A DNA stretch of 64,000 bases from Naegleria gruberi (taxonomy: Eukaryota): the NCBI GenBank assembly GCA_000004985.1, contig GG738867.1; one strand, written 5' to 3'. The notes under the pieces were generated by a model. It saw only the letters and a list, made by a program, of their open reading frames with translations, did no database searches and was not told where the DNA came from. This document shows, in pieces, positions 45,158-56,900 of the stretch (its first letter is position 1; every line of letters starts with the position of its first letter). A program made the position numbers and the translations under genes.

Positions 45158-46324
45158 CTATTTTTTAATCATAACGAGTATGTTGACTAGTCCACAATTC
45201 TTGTATTGTTCACAGTGAATTTTAAATTCACATCTTCTAATTTTGGTAATTGGTTGATTGCCATATTGATAGTAAATAGTAACAGAGTTTGAGTTGGCCC
45301 TGTCTTCAGCTCTTAAATACCACGAATAAGCTGAATCGAACTCTTGGCATCTAATATTTATCACCAAGTTTCCATCAAATAATTTAATTATTCCATAATT
45401 ATCCTCATCAGCCACAAGCAAGTAATTGGTAATAGATTGAGAGCTCAGTAATTCTGCATTATTCTCAATCGTTCCATTAATTGGAGACAAATCAATACCT
45501 AATAATTTGGCAATTTCTTCACAATTATGAGAATGATCTATTTGATTTTTGAAGATACTCCTAGCTTGCAAATGTAGTATTGGAAATGACTTTTCAAAAG
45601 GTTTCAAGTGGTCACTGGTAATGGTTGTTACTTGATTATGATATTTAATTTGCTCTCTCAGTAATTTTAGCTTTTTCTCAAGAGGAACAATCTCTTGTTG
45701 ACAAATCAAATCAACCAACTCATTGGTATACGTTTCCCAATCCTGATAATCATTAAATACCATTGCAACAAAGTCTTCTTGTGTAAACTCTCTTTCCAAC
45801 AAGTGTTTAATTTGAAAATATATTCCTGAATATTGCAAATTTTCTTCATTTCCATATATTCTCAATAGATATTCATTCAAACAATCCAAATCAAAGAATC
45901 TGGCCATAAAAACAATTTTCTTGACTCTATCACCATCCAATTCCTCTACTACAATCTCATCAGAATACAAGTATCTCATAACGAGTTCAAAATCCTCTTG
46001 TGTAATCTCACTTCCATCATTGAAAATGGATTTTTCCATTGTTATTAAATTAATAATTGGCTTTCCATCTTGTTTCTCCAAATTCCAAGTTTCATGTGAT
46101 TCTAACATGATTTTAAAAAGACCACTTCTCTTCACAATTAAATCATGTACCTGATAATCCTTGAAAGAGGTTCGGATAATGACATTTGTCATCAAATTCA
46201 ACTGGTTGGCTTGCTTTTTTAATGGTGGTGGAACATCTTCTTGGTCATGATTATTATTGTTAGCACTATTAAAGAGGGAAAGCAAATAATTGGAGAGGGT
46301 ATTTTCCTTTACTTGTGTTGACAT
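45158..46324 (-). CDS. BTB/POZ-like domain protein
   Basis: ATG at 46324. …DYQVHDLIVKRSGLFKIMLES…INLITMEKSIFNDGSEITQEDFELVMRYLYSDEIVV…KIVFMARFFDLDCL fits the BTB pattern. Confidence 0.5.
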   Translation of the reverse strand: MSTQVKENTLSNYLLSLFNSANNNNHDQEDVPPPLKKQANQLNLMTNVIIRTSFKDYQVHDLIVKRSGLFKIMLESHETWNLEKQDGKPIINLITMEKSIFNDGSEITQEDFELVMRYLYSDEIVVEELDGDRVKKIVFMARFFDLDCLNEYLLRIYGNEENLQYSGIYFQIKHLLEREFTQEDFVAMVFNDYQDWETYTNELVDLICQQEIVPLEKKLKLLREQIKYHNQVTTITSDHLKPFEKSFPILHLQARSIFKNQIDHSHNCEEIAKLLGIDLSPINGTIENNAELLSSQSITNYLLVADEDNYGIIKLFDGNLVINIRCQEFDSAYSWYLRAEDRANSNSVTIYYQYGNQPITKIRRCEFKIHCEQYKNCGLVNILVMIKK

Positions 46325-46419
46325 TTTTTTAAAGCAAGCTAATCTGAACGAATCTTCACCACAATTGAGAATAAAAGATTACTCTCTTTGGTAATAACAT
46401 CTTTAAATTGTGTGTTTTA

Positions 46420-47934
46420 TTAATCACCAGAAACAGAGCCACATATTTTGGAAAAGAGTGGATTTCCTCTCCTAGGTTTGCTCTCCTTTTCCTTATCTTT
46501 CATATTCTGAATGATGGTTGTTGCCAAGTGAGTGAGAGCCATCTTACACTCATCCTTATCTTCTACATCAATTTCCAAATAACTGATTATCTGTTTCTCT
46601 TTCCACTTATCTACAACACTAATTACTTGAGAGGTATTTACAACACTAGGCATTCTATTCGAATGAGAATAAGTTCCCAAAACTATTGATGGTTTGACAA
46701 AATCATGTACGTCCACATACTTTTTGCTAATGGTCTGTTTGAGTTCATTCCATCCCTCTGAATGAGTAATATTAAACATGAATAATAATCCGTGACAATC
46801 CTTTGCTTCATCTTTCAAAAAATCCATCAAATACCAATTGAATTGTGAATAGAAATTGAAAGTGCACGTGACCTTTTCATTGTTATTCCTCAAAATAAAG
46901 CTAACTTGTCTATTTGATATGTACATTTGACCTCCAGCAGTTTTTAACATTTTGTGAACTAGACAATTATCCAAATCACCAATACAAATCAAATACAATT
47001 CGTAATGTTTGCTAATTTCCAATTCTCCACTATCTGAAACTGAATCATCTATCACTGAATTCTTTCTCATTATCGTCTCATCAACAGAGGCAGTATTATG
47101 ATGTCCATTGAAAAAGTAATTTCCATTTGCATTGGAATTTTGTGCATTTCCATAGAAAGCATTTGGTTTGTTTGGCACTGGAAATGTAATTTCCGAGGCA
47201 CTTGTTTGTGCAGAATTAACTTCCAATCCAAAATCAATCTGTGAAAAATCATCATTTTCCAATGCATACTTGTATTTGGAAAATGATTCATTATTTCCTC
47301 CATTATTCAACGACGAAACTTGACTATTCTTCTGATTATTCGTCAATATTTGAAGTGATTTATAAGCATCACCACTTTTTGATTCAATTTTCGAATAGGA
47401 TGCACTATTCCCACTCTTATTCAATTTCTGTTGTGAAGAAGAAGCAGAAGAACTATTCTTAAGTGCTGCTTTCAGATTATTAGTTGTTGCTATTTTTCTG
47501 TAGGGAGAAACGAGTTCTGGTAATTCTTGTGAACCACGTTTGTGAACGAAATGGGTTGGGACGATATTGATAGTGTTCCTTCGGTTGATTTCTAATTCTT
47601 CTTGGTTTATATTCGAATCTTGGTCAATGATCATGTCGAGAATGCTGGAAGAGGATGGTGATGAGGAGATGATTAGATTATTTTCACTATTTTGTTTGTG
47701 CATTTGTTTTGTGTGAGGAGGAGATTTAATATTCTCATCCTCATAATCATAAGAGGCATCAATTGATGCTTCTTCTTGTTGTGTTATTGGTGTCATGTAA
47801 TTTTTATCCGAAACCGTTTCGAATTTTGTTTCTGATTCTTCTTCAATGTTAGAAGACGAAACTGTTGGTAATATTTCCAAAGAGCTGTTGATTGTATGAA
47901 GTTCTCCCGATGGGTGTTGAGGCGAAAGATTCAT
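46420..47934 (-). CDS. Hypothetical 504-aa protein; Ser/Asn-rich N-terminus; the C-terminal about 200 aa may be a degenerate small-GTPase-like fold (no intact P-loop)
   Basis: ATG at 47934. …YELYLICIGDLDNCLVHKML…LLFMFNITHSEGWNELKQ…PSIVLGTYSH… is Ras/Rab-like in secondary pattern but lacks GxxxxGK[ST]. Confidence 0.4.
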   Translation of the reverse strand: MNLSPQHPSGELHTINSSLEILPTVSSSNIEEESETKFETVSDKNYMTPITQQEEASIDASYDYEDENIKSPPHTKQMHKQNSENNLIISSSPSSSSILDMIIDQDSNINQEELEINRRNTINIVPTHFVHKRGSQELPELVSPYRKIATTNNLKAALKNSSSASSSQQKLNKSGNSASYSKIESKSGDAYKSLQILTNNQKNSQVSSLNNGGNNESFSKYKYALENDDFSQIDFGLEVNSAQTSASEITFPVPNKPNAFYGNAQNSNANGNYFFNGHHNTASVDETIMRKNSVIDDSVSDSGELEISKHYELYLICIGDLDNCLVHKMLKTAGGQMYISNRQVSFILRNNNEKVTCTFNFYSQFNWYLMDFLKDEAKDCHGLLFMFNITHSEGWNELKQTISKKYVDVHDFVKPSIVLGTYSHSNRMPSVVNTSQVISVVDKWKEKQIISYLEIDVEDKDECKMALTHLATTIIQNMKDKEKESKPRRGNPLFSKICGSVSGD

Positions 47935-48606
47935 TGTGATGAAAATTGACCGTTTTTTTATGTTGTTTTATTTTAATACGAAAGTTCGCCATTCACCGAT
48001 TGTGGAGTTGGAAGTTGATATTCGAAACCCAATTTTTATTGCTCAAATAAGGTCGCACTGAGCATTAATTAAAACAGCGCCTATTTAGAAGGAAGCTATT
48101 TGAAAAATCCTTTATTCGAATGATCCTTAATAAGATCTAACAATCATGTAGTACTTTCTGTTAATATTGTTCTCATAAATTAGATTCTTATAAAAATATC
48201 TTCCAACATGTGAATTCATCATCATCATGTAATCTTAATAATTTTTTAATTTTTTAATACAATTGATGATGAAAATCACTTCCGAGCAGCTCCTATGTGA
48301 AACAAGATAGTAGAATTTGAACAAGTGATGATGAAAAATACAAATCTAGAATTGAAGCAAACTTCATATCAAAACACGTGTTTATCAATTTCCGATGAAT
48401 AAAAATTCTTCTCTAACTCGTCATCATCAAATATAATTTAATTTTTTAAAAATACAAAAAAACAAAATAACTTGTTGCTGATTTGGACTGTTGGCTGTAG
48501 TGGATTTTTCTCTCATCATCATCACTCCATTAACAATAACATCATCATCCATATATACGGAGTTTTTGTACAATAGTAGTTTTATATTGATCAACTATAG
48601 AAAATA

Positions 48607-49356
48607 ATGTCATCGATTGGAGATATGTGGGCAAGTTGGCCTTTTGTTACTAAACATTTGGGTGCCTTTTCGTTTGCCTTGACTTGTGCAGTCTCTTTCA
48701 AAATGATAAATCCATTCAATTTAGTATTATTATTTGATAGAGTGTTTAGTACAGATTTTGAAGTATGGCGTCTGATAACTAATGCTGTATTCTTTGGTGG
48801 ATTCGGAATGAATTTTCTTTTTGCATTCATGTTGTTTATTCAATACAGTTCGGAATTGGAAAAGAGTAGATTTGATGGACGTGTTGCTGATTTTATATTC
48901 TGCATCTTGTTTGGTTTGGTGCCAATGACTGTTTTGGCTTTCTTTTCTGGATCCTATGTCCTGTCCAGTTCATTAATGATGTATATGGTTTATATATGGT
49001 GTAATTATAATCCTGATAGTAATTTGAGATTAATGTTTATTCCTACTCAAATTCCGAGCAGGTGGTTCCCATTTGCTTTGACTGCATTCCATGTTGTTCT
49101 TGGTGGTGGAATTGAAACTGTCATTGAGGATGGTATTGGTATTTTGTGTGGACATTTGTATTATTTCTTGGAGGAAAAGTATCCAGAAGCTAGAGAAACA
49201 AAGATTCTCAATACTCCTTCATTGCTCTATTGGTTATTCCCTCCAGCAGCCATGGGAGGAGCTGTTCACGGTGTTCATGGAAATGCACCACCAAGAGCTG
49301 CTGCTGAACAACAAGGTCGTAGACCATTCCCAGGTCAAGGCAGAACTTTGAATTAA
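48607..49356 (+). CDS. Derlin (Der1-like ERAD membrane protein)
   Basis: MSSIGDMWASWPFVTKHLGAFSFALTCAVSF…FEVWRLITNAVFFGGFGMNFLFAFMLFIQYSSELE… A four-TM rhomboid-like Derlin signature. Confidence 0.8.
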   Translation: MSSIGDMWASWPFVTKHLGAFSFALTCAVSFKMINPFNLVLLFDRVFSTDFEVWRLITNAVFFGGFGMNFLFAFMLFIQYSSELEKSRFDGRVADFIFCILFGLVPMTVLAFFSGSYVLSSSLMMYMVYIWCNYNPDSNLRLMFIPTQIPSRWFPFALTAFHVVLGGGIETVIEDGIGILCGHLYYFLEEKYPEARETKILNTPSLLYWLFPPAAMGGAVHGVHGNAPPRAAAEQQGRRPFPGQGRTLN

Positions 49357-49372
49357 TTTTCATAAAATAATT

Positions 49373-50434
49373 TTAATTAATATTTGGGTATAATAATTCC
49401 AAAAGTTCAGGATCCGAATTATCGAAATGTTCAGATGATTGTACAGTAGATTTGAACAAGAGCTTGTCACATTCAGATGGATTAGTCTTTCTCATTTCAT
49501 GATATCTCTTGATGAGTGATCTGACATGTTGTTGAACTTTTGATAATCCATCAAGTTTGTAATATTCCTCTAATGGAGTCCATTGACAAAGATCAATCTC
49601 ATTAGGACAAGCAGCGATGGCATCTTTGTGTTCTTGAGATTTAGGTTCCAAGAGACAAATATAATAAATATCTGGAACACCAAATCTGAAATCCTTCTTG
49701 TATCTGAATCCTAAAATTCCTCTAAAATTTGTTTCCACTGAGGTTTCTTCCCAAACTTCTCTCACACAACCTTCCTCAATAAATTCATGTTTCTCCAATT
49801 GACCTCCTGGGATTTTGAATGGCTTGACATGTTTTGGTAAATCAGTTCTAATATTAATCTTTTCAGTAATTAACAAAATTTCCTCTGTTTTAAAATCCAC
49901 AACACATCCACCAGTTCCAATATAATGTTGACAAAATGGTGGATAGGTATTCTTCTCCTCAGTTGCAATCCAACGATGCAAGAAAATATATTCAGGTGTA
50001 CAGTGATGAAATTCAAATCCAAACTTTTTCAAACAAATTGGAATTAATTCACTAAACTTGGCATCAATTTTCAAATGGGCACTTCTCACTCTACTTTGGA
50101 AATCAACCTTCTTAGAAGATCTGCTTTGCCATCCAATCAAGGCTTGTTGCAAAACTTTTTCAAACTCTTCAATATTTACAATTGATGATGAATCAGAGGA
50201 TTCAATATTTACTCGGACTGCTCTATATTGATCAATATGTGCCTTCTCGAATGCTTCATGCAATGACAACCCCGAATGGCTTGATGATTTATTATTCATC
50301 ATCATGGAAGTTGAAAATTGAGAGAATTTTGTGCATGAATTCGGAAGAATTTTCTTGGTTTTCAAGAAGAAACTTGTTTGATTCTTGTTGATCAATAGCA
50401 TTCTTTGAAGGGTTCTAGTTGGAGCTAGCATCAT
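49373..50434 (-). CDS. Nudix hydrolase (NUDT6/NUDT12-like, with N-terminal pre-Nudix region)
   Basis: Nudix box GGQLEKHEFIEEGCVREVWEETSV (G-x5-E-x7-REVxEExxV). ATG at 50434. The N-terminus is basic and targeting-peptide-like. Confidence 0.75.
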   Translation of the reverse strand: MMLAPTRTLQRMLLINKNQTSFFLKTKKILPNSCTKFSQFSTSMMMNNKSSSHSGLSLHEAFEKAHIDQYRAVRVNIESSDSSSIVNIEEFEKVLQQALIGWQSRSSKKVDFQSRVRSAHLKIDAKFSELIPICLKKFGFEFHHCTPEYIFLHRWIATEEKNTYPPFCQHYIGTGGCVVDFKTEEILLITEKINIRTDLPKHVKPFKIPGGQLEKHEFIEEGCVREVWEETSVETNFRGILGFRYKKDFRFGVPDIYYICLLEPKSQEHKDAIAACPNEIDLCQWTPLEEYYKLDGLSKVQQHVRSLIKRYHEMRKTNPSECDKLLFKSTVQSSEHFDNSDPELLELLYPNIN

Positions 50435-50561
50435 CTTGTTGAGGATCCTTTGGGTATTTTTTTTTTAAATTTATTTTTAATTTTAATTTTTCAAATTCCA
50501 TAAATGGAAAATTGTAAAAGGATCTGTTGGAATTGATTGAATATTGAGAATTGAATTTGAT

Positions 50562-51467
50562 TTATTTTGAGATTTGGAATGGTTTTCTCTTTAAACAAAT
50601 TCTCTTCTTTTGATACTTTTTGCAAATTTTCTTTTGTTTCCAAATTTTGCAAATTTTCTTCTCAATTTTCCTAATGCACTTTTTGTAAACTTTTCGTTTG
50701 AGACATTTTGGCGGGAAATGTTGTTGTTGGGAACAGTATTTTTCCTTGTGGAATCGTACACATTGGAAGAATCTTCTCTTGTGTTTACAGACTTTCTTAC
50801 ACTTGAATTGGGCACAATATGAGTTTTTCCTAATTTGGAGACACTTCTTGAGGAGAATTCTTAGCTTGCAGAATTTAATTTTTCTGAATTTGACGCATTT
50901 CTTGGCGAAGGATACGATTTTGCACTTTTTCACGTGTTTGCATTTTTGTGGTTGGTAAGAATCGACTGATTTCGAATAAGAATCACAAATCTTTTTGGTT
51001 TCACACTTTCTTATTGGAACCTTCTTGTACTTTCTGCATACCTTTCGTTCTCCATGCTTGACACACTTTGGAATAAAGGTACGCTTTGCACAATAGTGAT
51101 GGAATGCCTTTTTAGTACAGATTCGTCTAGTTCCGTATTGATCACAAGTTGACCATCCTCTTCTATCAGCACATTTAGTTCTTCTGAATCCGAACTTGAT
51201 GCATTTTCTCTTTGGTTTTCCAAGTTTGATGCATTTGCAGAACTTTTTGAATTTGACACATTTGGTGATTTTTGAATGGTGTGCGCAAACTTTGAACTTT
51301 TTGAATTTCAAACACTTTCCTCTGATTATCTTCTTATGTAGACAGTGTTTTCTTCTTGGACTTGGATTATATTGGTCCACATTCGAATAAGAATCGACAG
51401 GAACAGAACAAGAAACTAAACTAATCAATAGAATAATGGCAAGAGTAAGAACCAGATGAGTTTTCAT
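50562..51467 (-). CDS. Secreted, extremely basic Lys/Arg- and Cys-rich repetitive protein (about 45 Cys and about 90 Lys/Arg in 302 aa)
   Basis: True ATG at 51467 gives MKTHLVLTLAIILLISLVSCS (signal peptide; the track start 51527 is GTG). It is followed by degenerate KC.KFKKF.KC / KKC.K.RK-type repeats up to the stop. Confidence 0.55.
   Translation of the reverse strand: MKTHLVLTLAIILLISLVSCSVPVDSYSNVDQYNPSPRRKHCLHKKIIRGKCLKFKKFKVCAHHSKITKCVKFKKFCKCIKLGKPKRKCIKFGFRRTKCADRRGWSTCDQYGTRRICTKKAFHHYCAKRTFIPKCVKHGERKVCRKYKKVPIRKCETKKICDSYSKSVDSYQPQKCKHVKKCKIVSFAKKCVKFRKIKFCKLRILLKKCLQIRKNSYCAQFKCKKVCKHKRRFFQCVRFHKEKYCSQQQHFPPKCLKRKVYKKCIRKIEKKICKIWKQKKICKKYQKKRICLKRKPFQISK
50705..50718. promoter_or_regulatory. 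Canonical E2F-type element TTTTGGCGGGAAAT; inside the 3' end of the Lys/Cys-rich ORF and about 270 bp upstream of the Nudix ATG
   Basis: Exact TTTGGCGGGAAA. Confidence 0.3.
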
Positions 51468-51767
51468 GTTGATGCTGTTTTTTTCTAATAATAATTTGAT
51501 TTTATAATTATGAACGTTATTAATCACATTAAATGAAACTCAAATTCCAAAATACCAAAAATGGTAAGAAAGTTAACAACAATTTATTAAAAATTTACAA
51601 AAAATTAAAGACTGCAACTCAACATATTTCATTCCAATTCAGTATTTAAGCAATATTTATCAATGTAATTTAACCTTGACATGTTCCAATTCATAAATAG
51701 AAAGGAAACGATTGTCAATTAAATGATCTCACAAATTCGAAAGATTCATTTAGCACCAAAGTATTTA

Positions 51768-52553
51768 TTAACATTTTTGGCAATAAGATGGAATAACATA
51801 ATCAGCATCAGTATTAAAAGGTTTGAAATTCCAACTTCCTCCACTATATGAAGAAACACTTATCATTCCTCCATTCGAATCAACAACTTGTGTTTTTCCT
51901 TCCATGGAAATAATAGCACAATCATAAAAACATGGATATGGATCTGGATATGGAAGTGGAGGGGCCTTTCTTTGAATTGGTTGGACAATTAGGGTGTCAA
52001 TTTCAGTAGTATTCGAATTCACCTGCTTTCGTCTAACAAATTTTTGAGCTTTAACATGATCTTCAGTTTCAATTCCAATGGCAATGTCACCTTCAAAGTC
52101 AAAATCAAATTCTACGCATGTGACCATCAACATTTCACCTTGTTTAGTTAACTTTCTACAAGAGCAAGAAGTACCATTGAAAGTATACTCAACACCAAAA
52201 CTGGAAGGATACGGATCCATGAATCCCATAACTGTATTATCAACAACTAGTTGACCATTTATTTCAATACGGGAATCTAAACGATAACGACGATTATAGA
52301 AATCTGGCATGTGTCTTTGACGAAAAACTCCAAAACCAGAATTACAATTCATGCCATTACAATTTTCCAACATGGTTTTACTTCCTTCGAAATGGAAAGT
52401 ATGTTGACGAGGCATGCAACATGTGTGCATTGGCTGTTGTTGTTGATGAGATGATGTTGCAGGATAATTCTTCAATGGCGAGATGGCACATGTGAACGCA
52501 GCAAATGATACAAGAAGTAACAAGACAGAGGTGGCATTAAGGTACTTGACCAT
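51768..52553 (-). CDS. Hypothetical secreted Cys-containing protein
   Basis: ATG at 52553. N-terminus MVKYLNATSVLLLLVSFAAFTCA is a signal peptide. 261 aa with multiple Cys. Confidence 0.5.
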   Translation of the reverse strand: MVKYLNATSVLLLLVSFAAFTCAISPLKNYPATSSHQQQQPMHTCCMPRQHTFHFEGSKTMLENCNGMNCNSGFGVFRQRHMPDFYNRRYRLDSRIEINGQLVVDNTVMGFMDPYPSSFGVEYTFNGTSCSCRKLTKQGEMLMVTCVEFDFDFEGDIAIGIETEDHVKAQKFVRRKQVNSNTTEIDTLIVQPIQRKAPPLPYPDPYPCFYDCAIISMEGKTQVVDSNGGMISVSSYSGGSWNFKPFNTDADYVIPSYCQKC

Positions 52554-52825
52554 TTTTTTTTGGAGATTGAGTGATAATTAGCCGAAAGGAAATTGAAATA
52601 CGGAGATCGGAGACAGATAATTGAGGAGTTGGGCTGAGCTCTATACAATCTATTATCCCTTTTGAATGGCTATTTGGCTAATTAATTCTTGTTCCTTCAA
52701 CTCTGTACTTATACTTGTGAATTCCAAAAATCAATTAATTGCAGCCTCTACATTGCAATTGTAGGAACATAGTGATTTAGACTTACTAATCGATCAGTAT
52801 CTCCCTATTTGAACATAATCACGAA

Positions 52826-52906
52826 GCAGACTTGGCCGAGAGGTTAAGGCGCGAGACTCGAAATCTCGTGGGGAAACCTTCGTAGGTTCGAATCCTGCAG
52901 TCTGCG
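52826..52906 (+). tRNA. tRNA-Ser (anticodon CGA)
   Basis: GCAGACTTGGCCGAGAGGTTAAGGCGCGAGACTCGAAATCTCGTGGGGAAACCTTCGTAGGTTCGAATCCTGCAGTCTGCG. It has a long variable arm typical of Ser. The anticodon loop is CTCGAAA and a T-run follows. Confidence 0.9.
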
Positions 52907-53075
52907 TCTGAAATTTTGATTGTATTTTTTCTAATCTCTTTTTTCAGATAACTGACCTTAAATCCATGTTTCTAATGGTGGATCAAAAAACTACAAGGGT
53001 GGTTTGATGAAAATTGTTTAATAAAATTGTTTTAAATAAATTTTTTTTGATTCAAATAGAAAAAAATTTAAGGGA

Positions 53076-53678
53076 ATGGTTTTTGAAAAATCACAATACT
53101 ATTCCACTCTTGTTTGCTCTCCAGCTCCAACGAACAAACTCTCATTTTCGCAATTTGTAAAAGATTTTAGTAGATATACTTGGTCAGCCATTTGCACCGG
53201 ATTTGGACCATTTGCTGGTACTTTATTTGGTGGTTGGTTCATCACTAGACAACAATCAGAGTTTGAATTGAATAGAAAAATGGCCCAAGAAGCCTCTCAT
53301 TTGGAAGGACAAATTATAAAGAAACACACAGCTTATAGTAAATGCATGGGTGAGATTAAGGCCTTTGAATTGAAGGTTGGTCACTTGGATTATGCAGAAG
53401 TATTTTCGAAAAAGATGAAGGAGAGTCCAAGAGATCTAGAAATTACAAGAATTAATGAGTGCAGAGGATTGACAATAGATTGGTGGGAGATGGTTCAAAC
53501 TTTCCACACAAGGTATGGCATAGAGCCTGAATTGAAAAGAGAAAGATATAACGAACGATTTCAACATTTCAAAACACTTGTCGGTCCTCTTGATAGGTTA
53601 TTGGAAGGCAGAAACGATTTATTGAACACAATTTATCACTTTGATCCCTCAAAGCCAAGAAGTGAGCCTCCAAAATAA
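53076..53678 (+). CDS. Hypothetical protein (200 aa) with an N-terminal hydrophobic segment
   Basis: ATG start. …WSAICTGFGPFAGTLFGGWFITRQ… is TM-like, followed by a charged helical region. Confidence 0.45.
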   Translation: MVFEKSQYYSTLVCSPAPTNKLSFSQFVKDFSRYTWSAICTGFGPFAGTLFGGWFITRQQSEFELNRKMAQEASHLEGQIIKKHTAYSKCMGEIKAFELKVGHLDYAEVFSKKMKESPRDLEITRINECRGLTIDWWEMVQTFHTRYGIEPELKRERYNERFQHFKTLVGPLDRLLEGRNDLLNTIYHFDPSKPRSEPPK

Positions 53679-53962
53679 TGACATTGGTTCAATTATTTAA
53701 ATAAATGGTGGGAAATTTGGTGCGCTCTGGAAACCCTGCAGTGTGAAATGTTACTGTTGTGATATTCATGGTTGTTAATCTGTACTTTAATTTCATTAGA
53801 ATTTATAGGATTGAAATCCTGACCTTTCTCGGGATTCACTTTCTATAGAAGGTGGTTTCAATCTTCTGATACATTACCAATCATACTAAATGTTAGAGAA
53901 TCATCTTTGATCTCAACTGAACCTTAATTTTATATTTCAAAGTAAATTGATTTTTGAAAGAC

Positions 53963-56900
53963 TTAATGTTTCACTTTATTAACCATTTTTTTATCCTTTT
54001 TCATTTTGAGATCCTCTTTTACCTCTTTTAGCTTCTTAACAAGCTCATCAAAGTCCTTAATTCCATTGGAGAGATCTAAGTTATTGCATTTTCTTCCCTT
54101 TGGAGATTTTTGTTTTTTGCAAGGAGAACCACCACCACTACTTGTTGCATTTCTATTAGGACTACTACTAGTACATGATGCTGTATTGCTATTATTTTGA
54201 ATGGTGATAACTGCTTGTGATGATGGTACCTCATTTCCGCACATTGGGGTTGCTTGTACTGTTAGAGTTTCTTCTGTTTCTTGTCTTGGAGATGAGTCTT
54301 GCTTTGGAATGTCTTGTTCTATCTGGTCTTGAACATCTTTATACAAGGTCAGAGTTTCCATAACTGTTGGAATATTTGGATTAATATAATATGGACCAGT
54401 GGATGTACTGTCGATATTTACACCTAATTTCATGGAATGATTGTTTTCCTCGAATGAAAATTCTTGTGAATTTGAGGAATGTTCAATGTAATCATATGAG
54501 ATGGGTTGATCCAATTGAGTAATAATAATGGTTTCAGTTACATTCTTTTCTTCCTGTTTTGGAATGGTTTCCCATGAAACAAGTTCAAAATTCTCATATG
54601 ATTCTTCGATTTCTTTCGTTTCTACTGTAGGGTCAATTGTTTCATTAATAATATCAGATGAAAAGGCTTCTAATTTGCATAATGCATCATAGAGATGGTC
54701 CTGAACCAACGAAATGTCAAGTTTTAGCATTTGTTCAACATTTCCATTCTCCTCTGTCAATTGATACAAAGCATTAATTTTGTCAATTGTTTCAGTATTT
54801 GCACAAGCGGCTATTTTGTCAACCATTACCCCAGTTTCAGATCTGACTAGTTCTTTGAGAGTTTCGTTTGTTCCGTTTTCAATTTGCTTCTTTGCTATTG
54901 ATTTCACACATGTTGTGGGTTCAATTTCTTGATTCTTATCATTAATCTTTGCTACAAACTTGCAACAAAGTTCATTATTGAATTTCATCACTTCCTCTCT
55001 TGATGGAAGATTATTAAGGGAAGTTTCCAATTTTCCAAGATTAACATTCTCTTTAATAATCTGTGAAATATTATTTTGTAAATCATCCACATATTGTTTA
55101 ATCTTGGTATCCACTTCCTCTTTTGTAGCTATCATCTTGATCTCATCAGTTAATGTTGCTAATTCGGATTGGTTGGTGTCTAATTTGTGAGCTATTTCAT
55201 CTGCAACAAGTTGTTGAAGAGTGTCAAGTGTGCTCTTCATTTCTTTATGGAGATTCTTTTCACTTGAATTAACAAGCTCATTTGTTTCATTGATGGACTT
55301 GCCAAGATGTTCAAAATGTGTTGAAAGGTGATTATCTAGTAAATTCGTTGTTTCAAATTTGGTCGAAATGAAATTCTCCAGATTATCAACTTTGGTGCGG
55401 AGTGCTTCATGTTTTTCTGAAATGATTTGATTTGTTTCACTAATCATTGTTTGAAGTGAATCTTTAAGAGTTTCTACAAATGTTTGCTTAGTTTCGTTAA
55501 GCATTGTTGGAAGATTGTGTAATGGTTTAAGATATGTATTGGATGTTTCTTTTGAAAGATTTTCCAAATCTGAAACATTCTTTGTTAATTTCGAAAGAGT
55601 ATGGCTTGATTCTGTAACTATTTTTGTGGATTCAGTTATAGACTTCTGGTTCTCTTCAACTGTTTTGTTTGTTTTTTCAAGCGTTGTTTGAAGAGTTTCT
55701 AATGGTTGTTTAATCTGGTTGACCACTTCCTCTTCGGTAAGTATCATCTTTACCTCTTCAGTTAATTGATTCAATGCAGAGGTTACAGAGTTATGAGTTT
55801 CTTTGCTATTAGTCAAAATACTATTATTAAATCTTTCCAATTTGGAAACTACCAAATCAGTGGAATCCTTTCCAACACTTGAAATGAATTTCTCAAGATT
55901 ATCAACTTTAGAACAAAGTGCACTGCTGAACTCAGTTATTCTAAAGCGTTCTAAAGTGGTAGTTGCACTAATCAAACCTGTCAATTTTGAGGCGACAGAG
56001 TTCTGGTTCTCTACAATGGCTTGTTTGGATTCATTAAGAAATGTTGGAAGATTTTCCAATGGTTTTAGATATTTCTTGGTAGTTTCTAATTGTTGTTCAG
56101 TAATCTTTCCCATATCTTTTTCTATTATATCCAAACTGGAGTTTACAATTTCCTGATATAGTTTCAAAGTTTCCATTTCTGATTCTAATGTGGAAACTAT
56201 GGTCGAACTTTCTTTGGTAACAATCTGTTGGACACTTTCAAGTTTGCTCTTCATTTCTTTATGAAGCACTTGATTCGTATCATCAATCTTTGCTACAAAC
56301 TTGCAACAAAGTTCATTGTTGAATTTCATCACTTCCTCTCGTGATGGAAGATTATTAAGGGAATTTTCCAATTTTCCAAGATTAACATTCTCTTTAATAA
56401 TCTGTGAAAGATTATTCTGTAAATCATCCACATGTTTTTTAATCTTGTTGACCACTTCCTCTTCGGTAACTATCATCTTGACCTCTTCAGTTAATTGATT
56501 CAATGCAGAGGTTACAGAGTTTTGAGTTTCTTTGCTATTAGTCAAAATACTGTTATTGAATCTTTCCAATTTGGAAACTACCAAATCGGTGGACTCCTTT
56601 GCAATCTTGGTAATTGCTTCAGTTTGACTCTTACCAACCCTTGAAATGGAATTCTCAAGATTATCAACTTTTGAAGAAATTTCAATTATTCTTCTATTGG
56701 TTTCTTCAATCTTTTTCGTTTCAACAAGATTTGACTCTAAATTGGTAGAAATGGATTTCTCAAGATTATCAACTTTAGTGCTGAGTGTTTCGTGTTCTGC
56801 TGAAATGATTTGATTTGTTTCATTAACCATTGTTTGAAGTGAATCTACAAACATTTGCTTAGTTTCGTTAAGCATTGTTGGAAGATTTTCTAATGATTTA

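Noticed and set aside
50591-51390. Five short ORFs on both strands within the Lys/Cys-rich gene (50591-50815, 50610-50822, 50698-50958, 51011-51259, 51196-51390)
   Set aside because: They are artefacts of the low-complexity AAR/TGY-rich DNA. The long signal-peptide-initiated frame is the only one with gene-like structure.
53700-53730. TTTGGTGCGC near 53710 as an additional E2F-like site
   Set aside because: It is an imperfect core and lies in a convergent 3' intergenic region, not a promoter.
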